From assembly GCA_964426385.1 (NCBI GenBank), contig CAYRQF010000001.1, forward strand, positions 167,939 to 231,938: a DNA stretch of 64,000 nucleotides, in the 5' to 3' direction. Below, one piece after another: positions 1 to 8,621 of the stretch. The translations under genes were made by a program, and so were the position numbers. The notes beneath the pieces were generated by a model, which worked only from the letters and a program-made list of their open reading frames with translations, made no database searches and was not told the DNA's origin. This stretch comes from an uncultured Candidatus Saccharibacteria bacterium. Lineage in GTDB: Bacteria > Patescibacteriota > Minisyncoccia > Phycocordibacterales > CSBR16-119. The first letter of the stretch is position 1; every line of letters begins with the position of its first letter.

Positions 1-450
1 ATGAAGCAGTACGTGCGGAATTTTTTGCCATCCATCCTGGCAGCATACGCGTAACCTGATGCCTGAGATATGCCCGACCCTAGTGGCCCGGAGGTGTTCT
101 CCATACCTGGCAACTTCTCTCTCTCAGGATGTCCCTGGAGGCGTGAGCCAAATTTACGCAGAGTTCGGAGCTCCTCCACCGGGAAATACCCGGCATGAGC
201 CATCGTGGCGTATCGGACGGGTACGATGTGACCGTTTGAGAGGAAGAGTCTATCTCTATCAGGCCATTCAGGCTTCTTGGCGTCGTGATTCAATATATGA
301 AAATAGAAAGCTGTGAAGACGTCGGTCATGTCGAGTGGTCCAGCGGTATGACCAGATCCAGCATCTTCGAGCATGTCGATAATACTCTGGCGGATATCAT
401 TCGCCTGTAGCTCGAGAGTCTTTTCTTTTTCAGGGGTTAAGTTAGACATA
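1..450 (-). CDS. tkt: Transketolase N-terminal subunit (partial; the 3' end lies beyond the window edge)
   Basis: Reverse-strand translation from the ATG at 450-448 gives MSNLTPEKEKTLELQANDIRQSIIDMLEDAGSGHTAGPLDMTDVF..., containing the thiamine-diphosphate enzyme signature SGHxG. Not in the ORF track because it has no stop inside the window. Confidence 0.8.
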
Positions 451-451
451 A

Positions 452-967
452 TTACCAAGACCAATTTCTAAAAGAATATAAAAATCCCCACATAAGCATT
501 CCACTATATGTCAGCATTAAAAATAATAAATAAATGGTTTTCTGTGGTCCATTCTTCTTTAGACTCACTAGACCGTTCATTGAGACAATAATACAAATCA
601 TCCAAATAAAACTAAGCAAGCTGGCTGACCTTTCAAAGTCAGTAATCATACCAAAGACGAATACAACTATCGCAACAAGCAGGCTAATGAAAATTTGATA
701 AGTTCCTGACCTTGATTTTCTTTCTAATACCGACGAATCAAGTGATGGTTTATTTTGAAGATTTCTACTTTTACCTATTTGAAGAATCCCGTAAATCAAG
801 AAACAGAATCCTCCTAAAAATGCCAAGAATCGTAAAATTCCGATTACAGGATCATCGATACTGCTATCTGTCAGACTAAATGTTGCTTTGTATAATGGAA
901 ACAAAGACCAAAGTAATATGGCAATAAAAATCTTTATAACTCCTGAATTTCTTTTATTCCTATCCAT
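452..967 (-). CDS. Hypothetical multi-pass membrane protein
   Basis: 171-aa ORF with several hydrophobic segments. Its 5' end overlaps rpe by 8 bp, consistent with operon packing. Confidence 0.5.
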   Translation of the reverse strand: MDRNKRNSGVIKIFIAILLWSLFPLYKATFSLTDSSIDDPVIGILRFLAFLGGFCFLIYGILQIGKSRNLQNKPSLDSSVLERKSRSGTYQIFISLLVAIVVFVFGMITDFERSASLLSFIWMICIIVSMNGLVSLKKNGPQKTIYLLFLMLTYSGMLMWGFLYSFRNWSW

Positions 968-1637
968 TTGAAATATGTTTGAAATCCTCTATTGAAACTC
1001 CCGGATTGTTCGCTCCAAATACTATAGATCCAGATACGGCTCGCGTGACGCCAATCTGTGCTAGATCGTGAGCGGTCTCGAGTGTTATCCCTCCGTCAAC
1101 TGAAATTATAGCATTCGGTTTAATTTGCTTAATGTGATTAACTTGATCGAGAGTTCGCGGATCGAACGGCTGACCCTGGTAGCCGATATTTTCTATACCC
1201 ATGAGCTGGACGAAGTCAGATTTCTCTATCACATCGCTCCACTCGCGCACATTGTCCGTCGCGAGAAACGCCATCCCCCATTCTACTTTTAATTTGCTAA
1301 TTTCTGAGATAAGAAGTTCTCTATCTCCTACAGAGTTCGCATGGATGATGAGCCGGGACGCACCAAGAGAAACATATTTCTTCAGATCCGTTTCAGGATT
1401 CCTGACCATGAGGTCGAACTCGTATTTCAGTCTGTCAGAATACGGAAGCTTAACCTTCCCATCCATGAGCTCCCTCGCGCTCTGTTTGTCCTTGTCAAAA
1501 AAAGGCCAAGTTTTTGGCTCGACGAATTCCCCATCCATAAGATCGAGCTGTACATAGTCGACGTATTCGAACACTCGTTCGACATGCTCACGTATATCGT
1601 CGAAACTTTTCGGCATTATTGCTGGGATGATTTCCAT
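960..1637 (-). CDS. rpe: Ribulose-phosphate 3-epimerase family protein
   Basis: 225 aa; MEIIPAIMPKSFDD...VDYVQLDLMDGEFV... and a C-terminal ISVDGGI...SGSIVFGA match the RPE/TIM-barrel phosphate-binding pattern. It sits inside the tkt/fba/rpiB/gap cluster. Confidence 0.65.
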   Translation of the reverse strand: MEIIPAIMPKSFDDIREHVERVFEYVDYVQLDLMDGEFVEPKTWPFFDKDKQSARELMDGKVKLPYSDRLKYEFDLMVRNPETDLKKYVSLGASRLIIHANSVGDRELLISEISKLKVEWGMAFLATDNVREWSDVIEKSDFVQLMGIENIGYQGQPFDPRTLDQVNHIKQIKPNAIISVDGGITLETAHDLAQIGVTRAVSGSIVFGANNPGVSIEDFKHISNG

Positions 1638-1688
1638 AGGTTTATTTTACCATTTTCTATAACCTATGACCTATTACCTACAACCTCG

Positions 1689-2681
1689 TTATAACCCTTG
1701 ATCTGCCATAGAATTGAGTTCGAGCCTCTCGAGGAATGCTATCTGTGCGAGTCTCGGCTCTGTCATATTTTCCGCCCATGTGCGAAGCGCATCGTTCTGG
1801 AGAGCGCGTGAGTATGAGAACGCTACCTGCCATGGCAGAGGCTCGAGCTTGGCTATTTCACGGAGATTATTCGCCGCCTCATCTGGTGTCTGTCCGCCCG
1901 AGAGGAACACTACCCCGGCAACCTTCCTAGGAACATTAGCGGTCAACATTTCAGTAGTGAATTTGGCCACCGTTTTGGCATCGGCACGGATAGTAGCGTC
2001 ACCGCCGGATATGACCATGCTGGTCTTCAGTATCAGACCCTCGAGATTCACAAAATATTTCGGAAGTTCTTCGAAAACGATTTTCATTACCCTATCGGTA
2101 ACCAATTTTGACTTCTCGATACTGTGCACCCCATCAAGCATAACTTCAGGCTCGATTATCGGAACTATGCTTTCGTCCTGACAAGCCTTGGCATACCTGG
2201 CCAGGATTTTTGCATTCTCTCGTATCGCGTCGTCTGATGGAGTCGTTGCAGAGATCTTGAACGCCGCACGCCACTTCGCGAATGACGCACCCATAGACTT
2301 GTACTCCATGAGCCGGCCTGGGAGACCGTTCAGACCCTGAGTAATGTACTCCTCCGGTGATCCCGGCATCGGGATGAGTCCTTCGTCTACCTTGATACCT
2401 ACCAGGATACCTTTCTTCTCGAGCAACTTGGCGAACGGGACACCTTTTTTTGTAGACTGCCTGATCGTCTCGTCATAGAGGATGACTCCAGTGACGAAAT
2501 GCTCAATGTCGGGTGTCGTGAGTAGTAACTCTCGCCATGTTCGACGCATCTCTTCAGTCTGGGGCACACCGAATGCCTCGAAGCGTTTGTTGCAAGTATT
2601 ATTACTTTCGTCTGCCGCAAGAATCCCCTTCTTAGGTTCAACAAGACGATTAGCTATTGTGTGTAGTCGTTGGATATCCAT
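1689..2681 (-). CDS. fba: Fructose-bisphosphate aldolase, class I
   Basis: 330 aa; the KGILAADES motif near the N-terminus is the class I FBA hallmark. Confidence 0.9.
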   Translation of the reverse strand: MDIQRLHTIANRLVEPKKGILAADESNNTCNKRFEAFGVPQTEEMRRTWRELLLTTPDIEHFVTGVILYDETIRQSTKKGVPFAKLLEKKGILVGIKVDEGLIPMPGSPEEYITQGLNGLPGRLMEYKSMGASFAKWRAAFKISATTPSDDAIRENAKILARYAKACQDESIVPIIEPEVMLDGVHSIEKSKLVTDRVMKIVFEELPKYFVNLEGLILKTSMVISGGDATIRADAKTVAKFTTEMLTANVPRKVAGVVFLSGGQTPDEAANNLREIAKLEPLPWQVAFSYSRALQNDALRTWAENMTEPRLAQIAFLERLELNSMADQGL

Positions 2682-2685
2682 CCCA

Positions 2686-3129
2686 TTAGTTATCTAATTT
2701 TAAAATTCTTCTCTTGTGACGCTCGTCTCCAGAAAACTTTGTCTCGAGAAACAAGTCTACTGCACGCTTGGCCTCTTGTTCAGAAATAAATCGGGCGCCA
2801 AGAGAAAGAATATTTACATCATTGTGCTCGCGAGCAAGTTTTATGATTTCCTCCTGACCACCGTAGTACACAGCCGCTCGTACACCAAAGAGTCTGTTAG
2901 CCTCTATCGCCTCGCCGGTTCCTGATCCACCGATTACAATCCCCATGGCACCAGAATCAACTTCAGCGACCCCTTCAGCAACTAGGGCAACAAAGTCTGG
3001 ATAATCGTCTGCAGGATCTAAATGGTCGGGGCCCTTGTCCACAACTTCGTGACCCATGAGTTCAAGGTGGCTCACAAGAACCCTCTTCATCTCAAACCCG
3101 GCATGATCTGATCCAATAAATAGCTTCAT
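2686..3129 (-). CDS. rpiB: Ribose-5-phosphate isomerase B
   Basis: 147 aa; MKLFIGSDHAGFEMK... matches the RpiB/LacAB family N-terminus and length. Confidence 0.9.
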   Translation of the reverse strand: MKLFIGSDHAGFEMKRVLVSHLELMGHEVVDKGPDHLDPADDYPDFVALVAEGVAEVDSGAMGIVIGGSGTGEAIEANRLFGVRAAVYYGGQEEIIKLAREHNDVNILSLGARFISEQEAKRAVDLFLETKFSGDERHKRRILKLDN

Positions 3130-3132
3130 AGT

Positions 3133-3210
3133 GATTAGCTTTTAGCTTCTAGCTTTATTAAACTGGTAATTATCATTTTCATTGTACTAAAAGCTAACAG
3201 CTATAAGCTA
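3133..3210. repeat. Inverted pair of TAGCTTN heptamer repeat blocks (CTAGAAG family) between gap and rpiB
   Basis: GATTAGCTTTTAGCTTCTAGCTTT lies at about 3133-3158, and CTAAAAGCTAACAGCTATAAGCTAGCAGCTGAC at about 3176-3208. The two blocks carry an 11-bp complementary core, TTAGCTTTTAG / CTAAAAGCTAA. Confidence 0.6.
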
Positions 3211-4235
3211 GCAGCTGACTTTAATACATGCTGTATTAAAGTTGCAGTATAACCGTACTCGTTATCATACCAGGCCATGACTTTCACCAAGTTTCCTCCG
3301 ACAACACGTGTCATCTCGAGATCTACGATTGAGGGAACAGTGACGCCGATAATATCTGACGAAACTATCGGTTCATCAGTAACGGCGAGAAGACCTTTCC
3401 AACGAGAACTTCGCGAAGCATCTGTAAGTAATTTATTAACTTCTTCTACGGTAGTTGGTTTCTTAGAAATAAATGTTACATCAACAAGAGAACCCACAGG
3501 TACTGGCACGCGGATAGATATACCGTCGAATAGTCCGGTAAGTGCTGGAAAAGCTTTGGTCACGGCTATCGCCGCACCGGTAGAGCTCGGAACGATGTTT
3601 TCTGCAGCAGCACGACCTTCGCGCAGATCTTTCTTCGACGGTCCGTCAACGAGGGCTTGAGACGCAGTATAGCCGTGAACTGTCGAAAGGATCGCCTTCT
3701 CGATACCGAGAGACTCATGAAGCACCCCGATAAGAGGAGATGCGGCGTTAGTCGTGCATGACGCGTTTGAAGTTATGTCGCAGGTACCGAATTTATCTTC
3801 GTTCACACCGAGAAGTATCGTCTCGCCCGGAACTGTTCCATCACTGTCCTTGGCCGGAGCAGAAATCACAACTTTTTTCGCACCTTGGTCGATGTGGAAC
3901 TTCGCCTTATCAAATGATGTAAATAATCCTGTCGACTCGACTACGACATCTATGTCGAGCTCTTTCCACGGGAGTCCTGCAGGATCTTTGGATGACACGA
4001 ACCGAGTTTCAAGTTTTTTAGTTCCGTCGGATACAACAAGGTTGCCATTAGAGAAATCAACTGAGAAAGGTGCACGGCCATATACTGTGTCGTACTTGAG
4101 TAGGTACGCGAGACTCTCGGCTGTTCCGAGATCGTTCACAGCAACGACTTCGATATCGTCCCTCTCCCACGCCATTTTGTAGAATGCTCGGCCGATACGA
4201 CCGAAACCGTTTATTGCAACACGAACTTTTTTCAT
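3201..4235 (-). CDS. gap: Glyceraldehyde-3-phosphate dehydrogenase
   Basis: 344 aa; INGFGRIGR Rossmann motif and the ASCTTNA active-site Cys motif. Confidence 0.95.
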   Translation of the reverse strand: MKKVRVAINGFGRIGRAFYKMAWERDDIEVVAVNDLGTAESLAYLLKYDTVYGRAPFSVDFSNGNLVVSDGTKKLETRFVSSKDPAGLPWKELDIDVVVESTGLFTSFDKAKFHIDQGAKKVVISAPAKDSDGTVPGETILLGVNEDKFGTCDITSNASCTTNAASPLIGVLHESLGIEKAILSTVHGYTASQALVDGPSKKDLREGRAAAENIVPSSTGAAIAVTKAFPALTGLFDGISIRVPVPVGSLVDVTFISKKPTTVEEVNKLLTDASRSSRWKGLLAVTDEPIVSSDIIGVTVPSIVDLEMTRVVGGNLVKVMAWYDNEYGYTATLIQHVLKSAASL

Positions 4236-4265
4236 CTAACTATTGTAGCAAATGTAGAATCCTGA

Positions 4266-4601
4266 CTATTCACACCCGGCCTTAGGAGTTGAAATTTCTT
4301 CGAAATGTTTCCATACAATTTCACTATTTGTCATTTTTACAAGAATTTCTGGGACATATCCGTATTTAGGGTTACTTAATACCTCAGGAAAATTAGTTTC
4401 TGTGTATTTCGCACCAATTCTCCAATTAATACCATCCCGGAGGTTTGGTCTTGCTGTTAATGATAAAATTTTAATATTTTCCCCTTCCCAACACTTCTCC
4501 ATTACTGGCAAAGCAACTTCTTTTGCTTTCGCTTGTGAGCGAATGAGAAAAGTACAGAGAGCAACAACAATGACCAAAACAATTAGAAAAACTTTTTTCA
4601 T
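4266..4601 (-). CDS. Hypothetical secreted protein
   Basis: 111 aa with an N-terminal signal-like hydrophobic segment. It shows a 4-bp start/stop overlap with gatB. Confidence 0.5.
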   Translation of the reverse strand: MKKVFLIVLVIVVALCTFLIRSQAKAKEVALPVMEKCWEGENIKILSLTARPNLRDGINWRIGAKYTETNFPEVLSNPKYGYVPEILVKMTNSEIVWKHFEEISTPKAGCE

Positions 4602-6010
4602 TTCAATATCTCTTGGAGTATTTTAAGAGCAAGCTGAGGATTCGCAGAACCTTTGGATTCTTTCATGAACTGCCCTACTAGAAACTGGATAGATTTCTCA
4701 TTGCCTGCTTTGTAGTCAGCGACAACTTTTTCATTTGCGGAGATAACAGTCTCGGCAATAGCTTTTAGCTTACTTTCGTCGAACTCTTGGATAAGTCCGT
4801 GTTCTTTGGCGTAGGATTCAGGGTCGATATCCCCCGTTACTAATGCGGCGATAAGATCCTTGGCGGCTCTAGAATTTATCTTGTTATCTCCGAGCATCTT
4901 CATAATCTTGCCGAAGCTCTCAGCTTTTGGAAGCTTGAAGTCTGCATTAGCTGAACGAAGTCCTGACAAGTCTGACAAAATATAGTTCGCAGTTTTCTTG
5001 ACCGCCTCACCCGTAAGCCCGGTCGCGATAACTTCCTCGAAGAATTTAGCGAGTTCTGGATCTGTTACGAGTATCTCTATGTCCTCGGCTTTGATACCAA
5101 AATCCTTCACATATCGTTCACGCTTCGTAGATGCGAGTTCTGGAAGATTGCTTCGCATTTTCTCTAGATCAAATAATTCATGGAGGTACATTTTGGGAAT
5201 ATCAGGCTCTGGGAAATATCGATAGTCATGAGAATCTTCTTTCTTTCTCTGAGAGAAAGTCACCTGCTTGTTTTCGTCCCATCCGCGAGTTTCCTGGACG
5301 ATTTCAGCACCCCTGCCCTCCTCGATAAGCGCGATATGTCGCTTGATCTCGAAGTCTGCCGCTTTCTCGACGGCTTTGAATGAATTTATATTCTTCACTT
5401 CAACTTTCGTTCCAAACTTATCCGTATCAGAAACAGAAAGGTTGAGCTCCACGCGCATCTCGCCCTTTTCCATGTTCGCATCAGATACGCCGAGTGTTCG
5501 TAGAAGTAATTGTAATTCACGACCGAAGTCACCCGCCTGCTTGGCAGAATGAATTACTGGCTCAGTCACGAGCTCCATGAGCGGTACGCCAGCACGGTTA
5601 TAGTCGATGAGTGAGAAGTCGCCACGATCGTGTTTGTTATTCGCCGTGTCTTCCTCGAGATGAACTCGAGTCACCTGCACACCATTCAGCTCACCGCCAG
5701 AAACGATCGGATATTTGTATTGAGAGATTTGGTAGCCCTTGGGGATATCGGGATAGAAATAGTTTTTGCGGTCGAACTCAGTGAAGTTCGCGATATTTGC
5801 GCCGATAGCGAGACCGACTTTGACCACAGACTCTACGGCCTTCATATTCGGCACAGGCAAAGTTCCCGGATGCGCCATGCACACAGGACAGACATTAGAG
5901 TTAGGTTGTTCCTCATCGGGATTGTTCCTGCAAGCGCAGAACATCTTGGTGATGGTTTTTAGCTCGGCATGAATTTCGAGACCGATAGTTACTTTATATT
6001 TAGAATCCAT
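4598..6010 (-). CDS. gatB: Asp-tRNA(Asn)/Glu-tRNA(Gln) amidotransferase subunit B
   Basis: 470 aa; MDSKYKVTIGLEIHAELKT...CPVCMAHPGTLP is the typical GatB N-terminus. Confidence 0.95.
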   Translation of the reverse strand: MDSKYKVTIGLEIHAELKTITKMFCACRNNPDEEQPNSNVCPVCMAHPGTLPVPNMKAVESVVKVGLAIGANIANFTEFDRKNYFYPDIPKGYQISQYKYPIVSGGELNGVQVTRVHLEEDTANNKHDRGDFSLIDYNRAGVPLMELVTEPVIHSAKQAGDFGRELQLLLRTLGVSDANMEKGEMRVELNLSVSDTDKFGTKVEVKNINSFKAVEKAADFEIKRHIALIEEGRGAEIVQETRGWDENKQVTFSQRKKEDSHDYRYFPEPDIPKMYLHELFDLEKMRSNLPELASTKRERYVKDFGIKAEDIEILVTDPELAKFFEEVIATGLTGEAVKKTANYILSDLSGLRSANADFKLPKAESFGKIMKMLGDNKINSRAAKDLIAALVTGDIDPESYAKEHGLIQEFDESKLKAIAETVISANEKVVADYKAGNEKSIQFLVGQFMKESKGSANPQLALKILQEILK

Positions 6011-6047
6011 AGCAAAAAGTATATCAAAACAAGGAAAATTATATTGG

Positions 6048-6075
6048 TTGACAATATCTGCTTATATGTTATAAT
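6048..6075 (+). promoter_or_regulatory. Near-consensus sigma70 promoter (TTGACA-16-TATAAT)
   Basis: TTGACA at 6048-6053 and TATAAT at 6070-6075, 22 bp upstream of the ATG of the small gene at 6098. Confidence 0.6.
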
Positions 6076-6097
6076 ACTATTAACCTAAATTCTTTCC

Positions 6098-6304
6098 ATG
6101 AAAAAGCTCACGAAGACCCGTCGTAACGAGATCGCCTTCACCATGGTCATGGTGCAAATGGCCGGTGATGGCATCCACTTCCCAAAGCCGAGTGCCAAAG
6201 CACGCAAGACCATGAAGAAGCACGGCATCAAGAAAAGCGAGCTCGTAGAGTTCGCCCGCGAAATGGCAGGCATGTTGGCGAAGAAGAGCTTCAAGAAGAG
6301 CTGA
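6098..6304 (+). CDS. Small lysine-rich basic protein (68 aa), unknown function
   Basis: GC-rich ORF with its own consensus promoter and a downstream inverted repeat plus T-run. The antisense ORF 6085-6294 is judged spurious. Confidence 0.5.
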   Translation: MKKLTKTRRNEIAFTMVMVQMAGDGIHFPKPSAKARKTMKKHGIKKSELVEFAREMAGMLAKKSFKKS

Positions 6305-6357
6305 TCACCTTAGGGAGATCAGAAGTGGCGTCACCATCCGGGGGCGCCATTTTCTTT

Positions 6358-7326
6358 TTACTTCCTAAGAATCTTTACGAGTTCATCCCCCACTTTCTTC
6401 ACCGATTCATCATCAAATGCTGACATAGTGAGAACTGGAACCCCAAGTTTTTCAAATCTTTTTATTTCTTTTTTAACCGTATCCGCGTCAGACATATCAG
6501 TCTTGGTCAGGATTATAACTTCATTTTTCTTCGCAAGTTCTGGATCATATTTCTCTAGCTCCTGGCGAATATTTTTGTAGGACTGCATCATGTCTTCATT
6601 CTCAAACGACACGAGATGCGCGATCATTTTCGTCCTCTTGATATGCTTGAGGAATTTTACGCCTAGACCTTTGCCCTCTGAGGCGCCCTCGATGATCCCA
6701 GGGATGTCTGCGATAACGAATTCCTGCAGGACTCCGAGATGCGGGTCGAGTGTGGTGAAGGCATAGCTTCCAATTTTAGACTTGGCGTTGGTCACAGAGT
6801 TAATGAGAGTAGACTTGCCAGCGTTCGGATATCCGACGAGTCCGAGATCTGCGAACAAACGTAGCTCTACGAACAGGCTCGCATTCTCACCAGGCTTGCC
6901 CGGAGTAGATTCGTACGGCGTCGTGTTTACAGAAGATTTGAAATGCTCGTTACCGAGTCCACCTTTGCCACCTTTTAGTATAAGTATTTTTTGACCTTCT
7001 TCGGTAAGCTCGTACTCGTCATCGGTGTCGAGATTCTTGACGAGCGATCCGACAGGAAGCTTGATATAGAGATCCTCGCCGTCCTGGCCGGACATTTTCT
7101 TCTTGGCTCCGGCTTCCCCGTTCTCTGCGATAAATCGCGTGTCGTGAGTATAACGTGCGAGAAGGTCTGAGTCTTTGACTCCTTCTAGATAGACATCTCC
7201 GCCCCGTCCGCCGTCTCCGCCAGCAGGGCCTCCGCGGTCCTCAAACTTGTCCTGGCGCCAACGAACAACCCCGTCTCCGCCGGTTCCTGCTTTTGCGTAT
7301 ATTTTCAGTTCATCGATAAATGCCAT
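6358..7326 (-). CDS. obg: GTPase Obg (short form, 322 aa, without the C-terminal extension)
   Basis: N-terminal glycine-rich Obg fold (GGDGG RGGDV) followed by a G domain (GYPNAGKSTL). Confidence 0.95.
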   Translation of the reverse strand: MAFIDELKIYAKAGTGGDGVVRWRQDKFEDRGGPAGGDGGRGGDVYLEGVKDSDLLARYTHDTRFIAENGEAGAKKKMSGQDGEDLYIKLPVGSLVKNLDTDDEYELTEEGQKILILKGGKGGLGNEHFKSSVNTTPYESTPGKPGENASLFVELRLFADLGLVGYPNAGKSTLINSVTNAKSKIGSYAFTTLDPHLGVLQEFVIADIPGIIEGASEGKGLGVKFLKHIKRTKMIAHLVSFENEDMMQSYKNIRQELEKYDPELAKKNEVIILTKTDMSDADTVKKEIKRFEKLGVPVLTMSAFDDESVKKVGDELVKILRK

Positions 7327-7328
7327 AT

Positions 7329-7370
7329 ATAGGTTAGCTTCTAGTCGCTAGCTTATAGCTTCTAGAAACG
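7329..7370 (-). repeat. CTAGAAG-family heptamer repeats immediately upstream of obg
   Basis: Plus-strand TTAGCTTCTAGTCGCTAGCTTATAGCTTCTAGAAAC. In the obg sense this reads CTAGAAG CTATAAG CTAGCGA CTAGAAG CTAACCT..ATG. Confidence 0.6.
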
Positions 7371-7381
7371 ATATTTTAAAG

Positions 7382-8275
7382 TTAACTGTTTAATGCCTTT
7401 TTAGCAAGCGCGATAGCGCCCTCGCGAGACCGGGCCCCGGCCAGGAATCTCTTCGGATGAGCAAAGACTGCATCAGAAACTCCACTAACCTTCTGAAGTT
7501 CTGCCTCAGGTAGTCCAGCCCAAGCTTCTGGGAGAGCCTTGCGAGGCTTAAACATCTCGGCCTCTACCGTCTGCACATGCCAAGCGCCCGTAATATGCGG
7601 ATAGACGGCATATATCGTGTCGGGTTTGTGTTTCAACACCCCATGCCATGGCCAGTACTGATCGAGAACGATGACTTCCTTGTTACGAGCATGCTCATAC
7701 GCCTCCTCAACATGGTGACGACCCTCTACCTTGTCACAAGTTTTTTTTATGAGACGTGTGAGTATCTCAGTTGCGACTGAGACTAGCGTCATGAAGTGTC
7801 TGTCATTTTCCCGAGAGTCTTCTTTCCATGTTGAGTTAAAATACGCCACAACATGCGATATCTCTACCGGAGTGATATCGCGGTTTATAGGCTCATAGAT
7901 GACGTGTCCGGTGTCGTGGGCGTCTATCGGGGTGACGAAGTCTTCGTCGATCTCTCGCCATATCTCAGCTGAACCTGCTATGGCCTCGCCATAGTGACGC
8001 CAGACGAGTCCGAACGCCGCATACGGCATGCCGTTCTCCCTCTCTCCTGCACCACCACGCTGATGATGGTCGAAGCGATTATGTTCGGCCTTGTATACCC
8101 CACCAACATCGAAAACGAAGTCTCCCTTTTGGAACATTTTCTCGTCACGTGTACGCACGAGCTTCCAAGGAAGCTTCTGCTTCTTCAGATACAGCGACAG
8201 TGTTGCAGCGGCGAACACATCGTCTGCATGAAACGGACCGTTATGAGTTACTAAGAGTCGTTTTCTTTTAAACAT
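7382..8275 (-). CDS. MYG1-family metal-dependent hydrolase (UPF0160)
   Basis: 297 aa; the N-terminal THNGPFHADDVFA motif is typical of MYG1/UPF0160. Confidence 0.8.
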   Translation of the reverse strand: MFKRKRLLVTHNGPFHADDVFAAATLSLYLKKQKLPWKLVRTRDEKMFQKGDFVFDVGGVYKAEHNRFDHHQRGGAGERENGMPYAAFGLVWRHYGEAIAGSAEIWREIDEDFVTPIDAHDTGHVIYEPINRDITPVEISHVVAYFNSTWKEDSRENDRHFMTLVSVATEILTRLIKKTCDKVEGRHHVEEAYEHARNKEVIVLDQYWPWHGVLKHKPDTIYAVYPHITGAWHVQTVEAEMFKPRKALPEAWAGLPEAELQKVSGVSDAVFAHPKRFLAGARSREGAIALAKKALNS

Positions 8276-8276
8276 C

Positions 8277-8621
8277 TTAATCTTTTTTCTTGGTTACGTG
8301 ATCAGCTATCCAGTTCAGGACTGAAACGATGAGCGAACCGAGGAATGCTGCCATGAATCCGTCGACAGTCATCCCTGGGACAAGTCCGGAAACGAACCAG
8401 AAGAATAGAGCGTTAAGTATGAGGAGGAAGAATCCTAGAGTGAGGAGCGTGATAGGTAGTGTCAGAATCTTTACTATCGGCTTCACGGCAACTTGGATGA
8501 TGGTAAGAGCCGCACCGGCGATAACTATCGAGACCCAATCAGCGAGCTCTATCCCTGGAACGAAATAGTCTGCGACAAAAACCGCGAGTGTGAGAAAAAT
8601 GAATCTGAATAAAATCTTCAT
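8277..8621 (-). CDS. Four-TMS holin-family (Phage_holin_4_2-like) membrane protein
   Basis: 114 aa with four hydrophobic helices; the VPGIEL...LTLPITLLTLGFFLLILNAL...VPGMTVDGF pattern resembles the 4-TMS holin superfamily. Confidence 0.7.
   Translation of the reverse strand: MKILFRFIFLTLAVFVADYFVPGIELADWVSIVIAGAALTIIQVAVKPIVKILTLPITLLTLGFFLLILNALFFWFVSGLVPGMTVDGFMAAFLGSLIVSVLNWIADHVTKKKD

Noticed and set aside
59-316. 85-aa plus-strand ORF at the window start
   Set aside because: It lies antisense to the transketolase N-terminal coding region, whose translation carries a clear ThDP-enzyme signature.
1201-2181. Several 60-155-aa plus-strand ORFs inside rpe and fba
   Set aside because: They are antisense to strongly supported enzyme-coding frames.
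6085-6294. 69-aa minus-strand ORF overlapping the small basic protein gene
   Set aside because: The plus-strand ORF has a consensus promoter correctly spaced from its ATG, while the minus-strand ORF would start inside that promoter region.
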